Source of the DNA: Tubulanus polymorphus
Taxonomy: Eukaryota; Animalia; Nemertea
DNA length: 64,000 nucleotides
Direction: 5' to 3'
Assembly: GCF_964204645.1 (NCBI RefSeq)
Contig: NC_134031.1
Location: 18,483,910 to 18,547,909 of the forward strand
Each line of letters begins with the position of its first letter. Within the stretch, counting starts at the first letter, position 1. Shown here piece after piece: positions 27,799 through 39,899 of this stretch. The translations under genes were made by a program, and so were the position numbers. Under the pieces are notes generated by a model. It searched no databases and had not been told where the DNA came from. It worked only from the letters and a program-made list of their open reading frames with translations.

Positions 27799-28075
27799 GC
27801 CCCGCTAGCTCGACTGACAGACAGCCGGGTGGGGGTTCGCATGCCCTGCTAGCCAGACTCTGACAGACATTCGGTGGGGGTTTGCATGCCCTGCTAGGCA
27901 GACTCTGACAGACAGCTGGGGGGATGCATGCCCTGCTAGGCTGTTCGACGGAGTGTTCCTGTGATGGGAGTCGAAATTGGGGCGGAGTGCTTCATATCGG
28001 AGCCGACCATCCATTGACCGGATATAAGCCACTTGGGGTGATATAAACGAGTTCAATGAATAAATCATTCATTCA
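27799..28075 (+). mobile_element. tRNA-derived SINE with triplicated ~45-bp head segment
   Basis: A-box-like TAGCTCGACTG, B-box-like GGTTCGCAT, three copies of ctgacagaca...gcatgccctgctag, and a tail aatgaataaatcattcattca. Confidence 0.6.
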
Positions 28076-29489
28076 CAAATGACTTAGTCTCGGTCGCAGC
28101 ATCAATAACTAATGGTGTTTTGTTATAGTTGTCTGGAACGCTAACACCAGAAGAGTAGAAATTCACACAGTCAAAGTAATACAGTATGAAAATTCATACG
28201 TAATGCATTTTACGAGAAAGATCCATCAGAGATAATAGAACAGTTTCACAATTTACTGATAACAACCGATTTCAAGTTGTACTATTTATTTGAAATAACT
28301 TATCAATTTGACGTACAATAAATTTATTTACAATGTTTCACGAGTTGATTTTGCACAACTGGGTTCAGTGCCGCATGTGAGTTCGGACTTATATATCATC
28401 AGAGTTAACTGCAATTAGAGATGAACTAATTCAACTAAAATACAAAGTCCGATGAATCTGGAATTATGTTTCATTGAAGTTTTATTTCAGCATAATGTTT
28501 TACGAATATATTTAGCGGAAATAGATTATTAGGGTTTTCTGACTTTCGTCGAAAACCCTCTTGAAATTTTGTTGATTATTATTATTATTATATATTTTCC
28601 GCCGATTTCGTCAAATAAAATTCATCTTCATTCAGATTCGGCAACTGACAGCTTCGAAACGAGATGTATAAATTGATACTGTAATAACGGTCTCTCTGTA
28701 CCAACAGATTGTCTGAATGTACTTTCCATCCTATTTGAAACTTAAAATTACTTAATAGGTTACTGTAAATAAAGAATCGAATTGAATTGTTAGACAACAA
28801 GCACCGGCGAAATAACAGTTTGTGACGTCATTTAGTAAGTAAATAAAGGATGGCTCCGAGAATTTCCAAATCACGGGGACTATACTGGGGTTAGACCATT
28901 CAACCAAAAAGAGGATTGCTCCGATAATATCCAAATCATCTCATTTTATTTTTTCCATCGAATACCCGGTAATTAATTTTTCCTTTCGATCACATGCATC
29001 CAGAAAACCCGTTATCGCTGCTTTGCAGCTATATTTATCATTTTTATTATAAAAGATTAAACATCAAGCATGACAAGCACTTGCCAACAGAATAATAACG
29101 CTAGAAAAAATGTCTCAAGGATGTTGTAACACTTTTAGATGTCTTGGATGAAAATATATAATGTCATTTCACACAAAATGGTTTCATAAATCAACGTATT
29201 TTTTGCGTAAACGCGAGCAACCTGTTTGCGTTTATTATTGCCATTAACTAATTGGATAGAAAAAAATCCATATCCGACAAAGATAAGAACATAATAGCTT
29301 TTTCCCGTTGTGTGATTCGTGAAAGGAATTTTGTGCTCAATTCGACCAGAAAAAGAACATTTTTTAGAACGTAATTCAATGATGAAAAGACGAAAAGGAC
29401 GTAAACAATCAGCAACTTCCGCCGTTCAGTGATTATCAGTTTATATTTACAAACACCAGGTTCATGGTTACAAGGCTGCCTAAAGTCTG

Positions 29490-29820
29490 AAGGCCGTGGT
29501 TCCGTCGCGAGCAATATGAGTCCATTAGGGCTTATAGTCTAATCAGTCTTAGGTTAGTGTTAGTTTTGTTAGATCCGAAAGACGTAAAGCAAAAAACAAC
29601 TGTATTTGACAAGCGGGTTCGAGTCCTGCTCTGGCTGCTTGTGGTTCCGTCCTGAGTAATGTGTAACCAATATAGAGTTAGTCTTCGGAAACCCAGAAAA
29701 AACATGTTTCAGTGCTTAGTGACGAGTGGGTTCGAGTCCTGCTCGGGCAGCTTTCATCGTGACTCCGTCAGAAAGCGAGGATTAGTCTTTGGATACCACG
29801 ATCTGACACGTAAAGCATGG
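29490..29820 (+). repeat. Degenerate ~113-bp tandem repeat carrying a Pol III B-box
   Basis: GGGTTCGAGTCCTGCTC at ~29615 and ~29728; shared ttagtct.. and gtggttccgtc segments. Confidence 0.6.
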
Positions 29821-32800
29821 TTAAAAACAAATACGCGGGGGCGGATATTTTGATGAACCGCCCAAGCAACATCTACACATTAAATTGGAAGTATCAAATT
29901 CACTCTTTTCCTGACATGCTTAATTAGCATATGAAATCACATCCGTGCAAACCGCGTGGTTTCGACATTGGGCTGTTACCGTTCAATGTCAAAAACTATT
30001 GTCTGAAATTTGATATCTTTGATATTCTATACGATTCCGTCGCACGCCAGCGCGACTCGGATATCACGTCACAACCGGTGGAGGTCAGATTACTGAAATA
30101 GATGAAAAGGATACGAAACGCTGCCCTAGGATTGCGGTTTGCACTAAGACACATTTCAGCTGCGAGTCGAGGAATGATGAACTTAGTGTTGGCGGCAGAT
30201 TTCAGATGAAAAACTGCGGGGGAGTTTTATCTGAAGCCACGCAGAATAAAAAGCTACGGTTTCTAAACGCGTTTCTAAAACCGTTTCATTTATATTTCCA
30301 TTCGACACAGTGAATATTCCCACACAGCAGCGGGTGGGCGGTTCTAATATGAAACAAAAACATTATACAATATTTCACTGTGTCGGATTTGAGATACGAC
30401 GCACAAGCAAAAGGAACGACCGAAATGAATAGAATTCCTGTCAAAATGTGATCGGAATTTTGAGGATTTTTTACGCTGTTTTTGTGTTGTAGAATATCTA
30501 TCAATCTTCCTTTCTATAAATCTTCACGCTGAGACGTCGCTGAAATCATGTAGAAATCGTTGAAGAATTATTTTCTTGCGCCGTTTTCTTCTTCGTAAAT
30601 TCAAACGATTTTCGAAAATACGAATTCCGTGTAACGATATGATTAAGCGTCGCGCAGCCGAGATTCGAGATCTTGTTACCGAATAACGCGTTCAAAACGC
30701 GATACATCTCACTTTTACCGTCAAACCCGTGACAGTCAAACATCCCGTCTAGTTGAAGCCAGTTACGTCAGAGGCCTGTAGTGTGAGCGGATCTAATCCT
30801 CAAATTGGGTTAGTCTCTAATTACACGTCACTTGGTGTCGGAGTCAGAATTCTACTCTCAACGTACGATACAAAATCTTACCCCCTGAGAATAATAAGAA
30901 CCCGACTAGTTAATTTTGACAGTCGGACCTTTCGAATAGTCATCTTCAGGAATACAGCGGAATACTCAAGGTCTATTGGACACTATTTTCATTTTCAAAA
31001 TCACTTTCAATTGAGATAATTATTGCGAGCAACTAACTCGAAACGGAATAGACCTACAAAATTACTTTCGATTACGAAAGAAAATGTTCTCCCAGTTGTC
31101 TCCTCGAAATCAACCTCCAAACCAATCTGGGATAACTAGTCTATTCCTAATTATTTAACCCGGAGAAAAGAAAGATTGGACTCTTCATTCTTGACATTAC
31201 TTTTAGATAAGAAAACTGATTTGTTCTGAGTTAGTGACTCGAAATTAACCTCCAAAATCACTTTAGTTACTTCGTAGCCTTAATTAGTCGGTTGATCGGG
31301 GAAAAAACTCAATTCTCTTTACATTTTTGTTTCCGGACGGAGAAGTACAGAGAATACATAAAATCGATGAATGTAAAAAAAGTCAAACTCGACAACTAAA
31401 AAAAAACCTGAAACGTGTGTAATTGACGTCTTCATCAATGTCACTTCACTTCCTGTTGCTCGCTACTTTTTCCAACGGAATCCGAGTGTAGGTGCGTTGA
31501 CTTCCGGTGTGTCACGTGTCACGAGGACCGTCTTTTTTGTTTCCGCGTTGATGAGAAGGCGTTTGAAATCATTTGCTCAGAAAGCGAACAACATCTTATA
31601 ATATCATGCTTGTATCAAATGATTCTCATTGTTCAAGTTAACCATCGGATAAATATCACGATAGCCTTGAGAATTCTACACCGAGAAAAATGAATAGATA
31701 AACTCTAAAATCTATGGATGTAAAATCGAGTCATACTCAGCAACTAAACAATAACTGAAACGTAATTGACATCTTCAACGCCAGGACTACTCGGTTTTTA
31801 TTTTCAATTCCTGCTTCTTGCCACTTTTTCTCTCGCTCTATATTTAATACAAATGTAGATGTGAACATTTCCGGCGCGTCACTAATTGTCACGTCTCATA
31901 CCGAGTCATACAAAGCGCTTACATTTGAAAAAAATATTTGTAGTATATAAAAATATCTGTCGTAAATAAAAGGCGCTCCAAATTTCCCGAATTAAAAGGA
32001 TTCTTGATAACCTTTTTGTCCTGAATTCTGGCGGTAACGTTTTCCCACATTTCACAAGAAATGGAATTTTCCCGAAGCCGCGCGTGCACGATATATTGCA
32101 ATTTTCATAAATCGCGAAAACGATCTTTGATAAAAATTTCGATGACGCTTCTCGAATTCACGCGCGCAGTAGGCCGCAATTAAAGCAATTATCAGTCGAA
32201 GTTGGATTTAAAAAAGCCCGAGGCATATCGGTAATTTCAAGAAAAAGAGTTCTCGATCCGAAACCAGGAGACGTAATTCGTAATATTCTGTTTTCGTCGC
32301 GTTCTATCGGCTGCAGGTATCGTCCATTAAAGAAGAAACCGAGAATCTTATAGAATATAATTATTCGAGATGAATTTTGATAACGGTGAAGTTTCGATAT
32401 CGAACGCGTTACCGTTTAAACAACACGGCGTCGTGTTCACCGATGAAAACGTCTATTCGATGAGACAGCGTCGAATTAGGTAAAAATGGTGCTGAGATTC
32501 TTTCTTCGAAAATTTGCGTTCTACTAATTATACGATAAATTCTTACTCGGAGATAAGCTACGTATCAAATAAAATCATCATTGACTAGTCGACCAAATGA
32601 AGCTCTCACCGCCATTTTGTCGCGTGGAAACGTGGGTGGGGAGTTAGCGAAGTCGTTAATGAATCTGCCAATCTGAAAGCGGTGAAATTTGGTGTTCTGG
32701 AATTCAAAAACGAACTGATGAAATATTTACTCAAAAACTCGTCCGTTCAAATATCAAAGGTTTTCCGACTAAACAGCTAATCTAAAAGTTTTCCGATAAG

Positions 32801-34248
32801 TACAGAGAGATTGCAATATAAAAACGGTTTCGAAAAATAAAGAAAATTATTCTAATATCGTGTAGGAGAATAGGTCAGTTTCGAATGCAGCGAATATACC
32901 AAGCTCCAAAACAAGAAAGGTATTATTCGTTATATGAATTTGTATATTTGTCGGTATTATTCACGTCTGGTAATATACACGGGCTTTCATGCGCTTAACA
33001 TGCGAGGAAATTGACTTAAAAACGATAAAGAAAATATCTGAGAAAAAGGATGAAAAACATCAGATCGACTCTATAAGTAATAATTCGAATCTGGTCTAGC
33101 GTGTCGGGCGGTTATTACAAGCGAAAACTCGAAAGAAGAAAATAATCGACGGGGGATGTAGTTTTTCAACATAATCACAGCAACTGTTAACATCGAAAGA
33201 ATCGTGGTTTCTATCAATTCGCTTCTCGCATGTTCGACCGTCATTTTCTACACGAGCTCTGAGACATGCAGAACGATGTTTGGCCCCCGTTACATATAGG
33301 TTTCCCGTCACATCGACGCGATTTATGGACGGGCGACTATCCGTCAAAAATATACCAATTTATGACCGTCATTATTTTTTCCTTTCTCCTCACAGATGAC
33401 GCGATGTGTGGAAGACCACGATGGGATTACTGATTGATTCGTACCGCGACCCGAGGGAGGAAATCTTTGACTTCTTGTCGTGCACTACGAAGGATAAAAA
33501 AAAAACGGCAACACGACACAGTTCGAGAAGTCGAGAAGATTTATGATGAAAAACGATTTGACTCTTAAAAGCATAATTGAATCAAACAAATCAGTTCAGG
33601 TTGCCACGATCGCTACAATAACGGGTTCGAATCCTGAATTTTTGCCTTCTCTGAATTCTCATGCACGCCAAGACATAATTGCGACGAAAGGTTTTATAAC
33701 TTTATTTCAGACGAGTTTCATGCTCGGGTCAATCTACTGAAATTAATGTAGGGCCTACAAATGTCGAAATGAATACGACAACTATATCCAAACAAAATGG
33801 CCGCCTGACTCGATCAGCAGTCGTTCTGTGTAAGAATTTCAACAAAATGCTGCATAATCAAAAGCTTAGCCTGCACAGTTAGAGTTTAATGTATTGTGCT
33901 GTTATACGGATATCTAAGCACGCAATTAAGCATTAAAGACCATTCTCGAATACTCATCCGTATTATACGTCATTAGACATACGACATTCGTCTTTCTGTA
34001 ATGGCTATATTTCGTGCCGCATGCTATAGAGAACGCTGCACTGCGCGTGCGCACTGATAGGATGAATCAGTACCGCGGTCGCGATGAATTGGCATATCAA
34101 TTATCAACTGATGAATCGACGCTATCAAAAATCCTTTATATGATCTTCCTTCTTATCTCTCACTCATTCCGACTTCTCGACACATTGAGATTAATTGCAA
34201 TAGACCATTTTATTTGTAGAAAATAGATCCTGCTCCGTGAAAAATATT

Positions 34249-34437
34249 GTTCCACAGTTGTGTGGGTTTAATTAGATTCTGAACCCAGTTCCACAGTTGT
34301 GTGGGTTTAATTTGATTCTGGACCCAGTTTGACAGTTGTGTGGGTTTAATCTGAGTCTGGACCCAGTTCCACAGTTGTGTGGGTTTAATTTGACTCTAAA
34401 CCTAGTTCCAAAGTTATGTGGGTTCAATTTGACTCTG
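34249..34437 (+). repeat. 39-bp minisatellite, about 5 units
   Basis: Near-perfect 39-bp period (13-aa repeat in ORF 34272-34520). Confidence 0.95.
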
Positions 34438-35179
34438 ACTTGATTGCGATAGACAATTTCATTTGCAGAAAATAGATCCTGCTCTGTGGTTTTAATATTT
34501 AACGCTTGATTCAGTTGCATTAGTTGTAAATGAGAGGATGCACAGTCACACGGTTTGTTGTATTCAGTGACGTGGTTCTATGTTTAGCGTTTCGTACGGA
34601 AAACTATTTTGTGAAGTGATTTCCTAAAGCATTGCTCTTTCCAACACTTCAGTTCTACGACATTTACTTCTGCGACATTCGACACTCTCTCCGCTTCCCT
34701 TGACATATTTCAAGAGTACTTTTTTAGAATTTGCTTTAGGAAACAATTTGTCGACTGATTGGATCAGCGGCATTACTATACAGCGAGCTACAGGTTGACG
34801 GTATGACGTAAAACGAGTCCCAAGTAAACAGAAAAACATCGCGCATGCAACGTACCCGTCAATCTGCTAAAAAAGTAGTTCGCGTCACTGCGCAAGAATT
34901 CAATTAAGTCGATGAAAAATGTTTTGTTGAATGTTCGTGCGGAAGCAAACATGTAGTAAGTCCTGTCAACAAATTAAATTGAAGTTCTTTACATTGTTGT
35001 CATATAGATATATAGCTGGTTCAACTTCATCGGAGAATTTAACAGATACGTACAGTAACGCCCTCTTCATCTGACCTTGACTTGTTTCATTTGAAAAATT
35101 AGAATCGACAAGAGTGATTGAATTATGTTTACCTTATATGGTAATCGTATTTTGCAGAATGACAACATTCACTACCGGC

Positions 35180-35345
35180 AGGTCCAGTCAGATTAAACCC
35201 ACACAACTGTGGAATTGGATCTAGAGCCAAAATTAAACTCAGACAATTATGTCGCTGGGTCCAGAGCTGTGGAACGGTGTTCAGAGTTAGATTACACCAC
35301 AAACTGTGGAACCGGATCCAGAGTCAAATTAAGCCCACACAACTG
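35180..35345 (-). repeat. 39-bp minisatellite, about 4 degenerate units
   Basis: Reverse complement of the consensus. Confidence 0.85.
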
Positions 35346-35775
35346 AGTATTACGGCCCAGGGGGCATAGGAATGAGGAATAACTAATATTGAGGTCATTA
35401 AGTGCACCAAAAGTCGTGGACGGAATCTAGAGAACCATCAATCAGAAGAAAGAATGAGTTTTCTTACATATTAACGGCCGGTACTAATCATAAAAGTGCC
35501 CATAACCGGGCGTCGCTTCGATTACAAATTGAGTCATTACGGATCAATAGACCGTCTCGAAACATTCCTATGCGCTATGGCGTTTACAGGGCGACCAAAC
35601 CAACAAGATAAAATGCGAAGGATTGATCAGGGAAGTGTAATTGATACTTATTACACTTCCCTGCATTGATTAAGCACTGTCCGTGTTTGTATTCACGATA
35701 TAAAAGTTCCACATTTCAGAATTGCAAAAAGAGTCCGTAGTAGACTTTTCGACTCATCTTCAGAGCCATCTTCAG

Positions 35776-35914
35776 AGGCCAGTTGCACAGTCCAACTTAT
35801 AGGTTTTTTGCCTAGTCTGAGACCAACTTAGTTTTCCATTCAAACGACTTAACACCAGTTTTGATATTCTTGAGACCCTTTTGGGGTCTTAAGTCTAGAC
35901 TGCGCAACTGAGCC
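35776..35914. mobile_element. Harbinger-like MITE
   Basis: TIRs AGGCCAGTTGCACAGTC / GACTGCGCAACTGAGCC, with a left CAG flank. Confidence 0.7.
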
Positions 35915-36384
35915 GAGGAATATTAAAATTATAACAAAATCATGAGGTACGTGTATATGAGTTTTTATCGTGGGATTTTATATTATTGGGTCAATCTAAT
36001 TGTAAGAGAGAGGGGGAGGAAGGAGAGAGTAGAGTGAGAGAGGGAGAGAGAGAGAGGGAGAGAGAGAGGGAGAAAGTCGTTAACTGTTAATGTAGAATTG
36101 GTGCAATATCGCACTGGGAGTGTTTACAATTTCGTTCAATTGTAGCTGGTTATTGCGTTTACGCGACCAGGATAAAGTGATAATGAGAATCGTCCGAATA
36201 CAAAACGCCGGCTTCAACGAGAACGTCTAATCTACTTATGCACAGACAGCGTGAAGGTAAAGACAATAACCTAACGTAAATTGATATCGTTTTCAAGCGA
36301 TCACGGCAGAAATTGCCGCCGCCAGTTTTTATGATCGTAATGACCAAACAGTCTGGCCGTGTGCGTGTAGTTTATTAGCTATGA

Positions 36385-36680
36385 ATCAATGAGCTTTCAA
36401 GGCCGGTGGAGCCATTGACTTCATCCGAATATTCCAGGTAGTTGTTATACGCACCTGTCACGTGACAAATCGTCTGCGGGGACTGTGTTTATGTATTTGA
36501 TCGATAACCGATCAATGATTTTTAGGCCGGTGGAGCTGGTGACCTTATTTGAATATTCGAGGCGCTCATGATCTCTTATGCAAGGCCGGACTGCATAATT
36601 TAATTACTTTTCGGATTAGTATCTTCAAGGTTTTGGCGTAACCAGTAGCCTGTAATTTCATTTACATATTCGAGGAGGCG
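36385..36680 (+). repeat. Degenerate ~120-bp tandem repeat, 2-3 copies
   Basis: aggccggtggagc...gaatattc(c/g)agg repeated. Confidence 0.6.
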
Positions 36681-36759
36681 TGACATCATCGTTTGTTTGA
36701 TTATTCAGAGCTAACATTTGGTGATCATCAATAAATGCCTTCCGGGTTCCAACAACCAG

Positions 36760-36867
36760 GCTCTAGTTGCGCAGTCATGACTTATACTAAACCAGTCTTA
36801 GACCATCTTGGCTCTTTAGCCAATCTTACAACATCAGACCACAAGCCACAACTGCGTAAACGGGACC
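36760..36867. mobile_element. Harbinger-like MITE (degenerate)
   Basis: CAG|GCTCTAGTTGCGCAGTC ... ACTGCGTAAACGGGAC, with the internal family motif. Confidence 0.55.
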
Positions 36868-38454
36868 ATGACGGTAATTTGAATCTGGCGCTGGAACCTT
36901 TTATGAACACCATTAATTGAGTTTGACCACTAAATATGGTAGTCACGTGAACAATACAAATGACTATAGTCACGCGGTGAAATTGGTTGTGGTGTTGTGG
37001 ATGCAGACAGTATAGCGCGGTTACGGAATCATTTCAATTGGACCGTCATCTTTATAGCTACATGTGGGAGGATACAAAAACAAAAAGACTTTCCATTATC
37101 GGCTGATATGTCTTTTTTCTCCTAGATCGAACTAATCCGATCACGAGACTAACCTAATATGGTCACACGCAGCTAACCGCAGATTAACCCAGTTCTTACT
37201 GATATTCACGCATAACCGCTACTATTCTGCGATTGCCTGCGGGTTTCCTCTTATTCCACACGTTTTTTTACTGTCGCATTCATTTCGGCGACGGAGTTCA
37301 CAGAGTCCTTTGTACCTGTTCTCTTATACTGCGTCTCTTTTTCCCATTCTCTCGCACAAATTTTCTTTCTCTCCTTCCCATTATTCTCCCTCTCTTCCAC
37401 TACATATCTCCCTTTGTACCTGGTTCACCTTTCAGTTTTTGTCAACTCTCGCCTTACTTCTACTCCTCTCCCCTCTCTCCCTGTCTTTTTAGTTACATCT
37501 CCCTCTCCCTTGTGAAGCTCTATATCATAAACCCTTTCCTTATTTTTCCTCATCGCTTCTTCCCTCCCCTTTCTTCACGTGTACCTGTTCGCCCTCCTCT
37601 CATTTTCCTCCTCCTGACCCTGACCCCAACCCCATCCTGCAATGTTGCTCTCCGGTCAAGTTCTCAATCCGGAAATTACTCATGACTAACAACGGCTTCT
37701 ACTTTTCTCTGACAGACGCTTTTTTCTCCGTTCACCGGCGCCGTTCATTGAACTTGCTTTCTGTACGCAGTTTAGCTTTTGTCGATCAATGAACCTAAAC
37801 GGTGATCGAAATGGAAATTCTCAGTTTCACGCAGAATGACATCTTCTAAAAGGGCAATGTACTTTTAAGAAATCCATATATAGGGTAATACGATTGACAA
37901 GTGACTTTCGATTGAAGCAAAGATCGACTGTAAACTAAGATAGTAGTGACGTTTAGACTGATCTTTATGAGTCGTTTTCAAACAAGACAGCAGTGACGTT
38001 TTGGCCATTTCCAAAACTCTTTTGAAAAATGGCTCAAAGAATTAAGTCGAAACGTCATTACTCTGTTGGTTTTTCGTGTTGTCAATTTTTCTTGTGAATC
38101 TTCGCGTTTAATGCATCTACATTTAACACAAACTTCACGATTTTCTTTCGCAACTAATGACGTCATCGATTCCGTGGATGGACTGTGCAGACTTTTTTGT
38201 TATTTTTGAGCACGAAGACAATTTTCTCGGCAATCGCCACCAGTGCCACTCGAGTATGGATAAGAGATATTACGTGTAAACCTCGCCAGATGACGTTGAT
38301 TTTTTTCGATGTTCTACGACGCTCAGCAGATTATACGTTATACCCCCGATATACCGAGACGCCGACCCCGATATCTATTGGTGAGGATGAGCTCATGCGT
38401 GACGGAGTTGTCGATTGGTGAAATGTTTAGGCCTCTCCGCCGCAGAGGTCAAAA

Positions 38455-38578
38455 TCATTTAAGCTCCTTCCTACTCCAAGATCCAAGAAACACCTTAGTT
38501 CCTTCCTATCTTAAAGTCATCTCAGTTCCTACCTATTTAAAAACCATCTAAGCTTCTTCCTAGCTCAAAGTCATCTAA
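38455..38578 (+). repeat. ~28-bp tandem repeat (catctaagcttcttcctagctcaaagt)
   Basis: About 4 degenerate copies. Confidence 0.7.
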
Positions 38579-39899
38579 AATCTCGAATTCATAGAATTTC
38601 GAAAAAGTTTCTTTTTTTTGAAAAGTCATTAGAAATGTAAGATAGTCCTGACAATGGACTCTGGAAAATGATAGTAATTTCTAATGAAATCGAGTTCACC
38701 TATAGAGTATCTGTTTACACAAACTCTCGGTGAGACTTTATGTAAAAGAATGTCTGCAATATTTCATCGCATCAATAAATAGTCGCTTCTACTGTTCAGA
38801 TTTTGTGAACTCATGACCCTCCATGTTTGTTTTGCGTGAACGTTTCTCGAAAGAATACTGATCGCTTGAGTTCACCTTGGCGGACGATAATCATCGCGAT
38901 CCGAACGCATTTATTTCTTCTGCGGTTTCTTTATCTTCTGCTCGGGCCGTTGTTGCCCGGGGACCGCGCGCGCAATTTCTATCCGCGAGAAAACGAATCG
39001 GTTTCCGCGGCGGGGACAATAAAGTATGATCAGCGAGTACCAGCAGAACGGGCGATATGAGTACGACACAATATCTGTGAACGACCGACACAACGTTCCA
39101 GGTGGAATGATGGAAAAGTCTTGTCGAGACCGATCAAGCGTGCTTTCATATTTTACATCACACGTCACCAGAAACTGCGTGTATGTGTCTGTGTATGCGT
39201 ATGAGCTCGTGCCGTTCGTTTCTAAGATCAGAGACGCAGTTGTAGAAAAAAAACCGGCTGATCACGAACTGATGAAAAAACATCTCGAGAACCTATCGAC
39301 AAAGTTTCTCTGCGATGACATTACGCGGAAGAAAGAAAAGGTCGAACATTCCCCGCTGGTGCTCGGCTTGAATCGACCTCATTAACGCGCCGTGTAAAAG
39401 CGTGGACACTGACTTATTCGACACCGAGAACACGAAAGATCAAAGTAATCGAGATTTATTTCGCGAACGCGCGCGAAAGAACATGAACTTTTTGAATAAA
39501 CCGGTGACAGACTCCCGTCTAAATCATCGGCAGTACGAATAAGGTAACGTCGACTGTGGCAATCGAGGATTCCGCTCGCGGTGAGTGAGGATCCACCGGG
39601 TGTCGCTATTGTGCATTCGGACAATGATGCCGGAATTCCACTTGAAATCTATCCATAATTCATTCTCAAATTCTACGAATAATAAAGCACGAATGGTGAA
39701 TGTGAGATTATCAAGAGATTTGCTTATAGTTTTATTTTATGTTGGAGGCTAAAAATCTAGAAGAAATTTAATCGAAAATTTACTGAATTCTGATTACTAA
39801 ATTTCTGTTACAAAAGGGGATAAACAGTACGCGTTTAATGGGCACACCATCTAGCAGGATCCTGGAGCTACTGGGTCCTGGCCTTATAAACACGGCATC

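Larger units (their letters stand above)
26760..30850 (-). pseudogene. Decayed TLR pseudogene (LRRNT to TIR)
   Basis: Head GMFDCHG...RVLNALFGNKISNL (ORF 30546-30743). LRRs LSNNSIRFF and ISFRSCQLPNLNEDEF (ORF 28588-28800). Then Cys plus TM-like text, YLYRC (YxYRW-like) and IVISYNGNTD (TIR box 1-like) at 27392-27700. Confidence 0.6.
31950..35700 (-). pseudogene. Decayed TLR pseudogene (LRRCT, TM and TIR visible)
   Basis: LRRCT-like PSINRVDVTGN and TM-like SIIFFFRVF (ORF 33096-33347). TIR-like QPIERDEN and ELRLLVSDRE (~32250-32315), and box-3-like MWENVTARI (ORF 31919-32101). Confidence 0.55.
36150..39756 (-). pseudogene. Decayed full-length TLR pseudogene
   Basis: Acceptor tttcttctag| at 39756. 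Head SECTIATPGGSSLTASGILDCHSR. LRRs STLDRSRQDFSIIPPGT and SIGELDFIRN. LRRCT start IRGNP (~37240). TM VTIVICIVHVTTIF (ORF 36782-36973). TIR-like YDHKNWRRQFLP*SLENDINLR*VI...SRRFVF in one frame at ~36190-36345. Confidence 0.65.

Noticed and set aside
33397-33540. Strong plus-strand acceptor followed by a short open frame
   Set aside because: No partner exons found, and all frames close quickly.
34249-34437. 39-bp arrays (and the 42.8 kb motif) as CRISPR arrays
   Set aside because: The units are contiguous tandem copies without unique spacers, no cas genes are present, and the context is eukaryotic.
39026-39385. 119-aa plus-strand ORF; also 62169-62522 and 41621-41974
   Set aside because: These are antisense shadows of minus-strand coding or pseudogene sequence with no domain features.
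39530-39625. GILDCHSR as an IS3/integrase DDE motif
   Set aside because: No other integrase motifs are nearby, and it fits an LRRNT cap better.
39548-39660. Plus-strand LRRNT reading VDCGNRGF / VPSEVP (also at 55200)
   Set aside because: The near-palindrome TCGACTGTGGCAATCGA gives DCxxR on both strands. The conserved acceptor, the continuous frame and the downstream LRR/TM/TIR order favour the minus strand.
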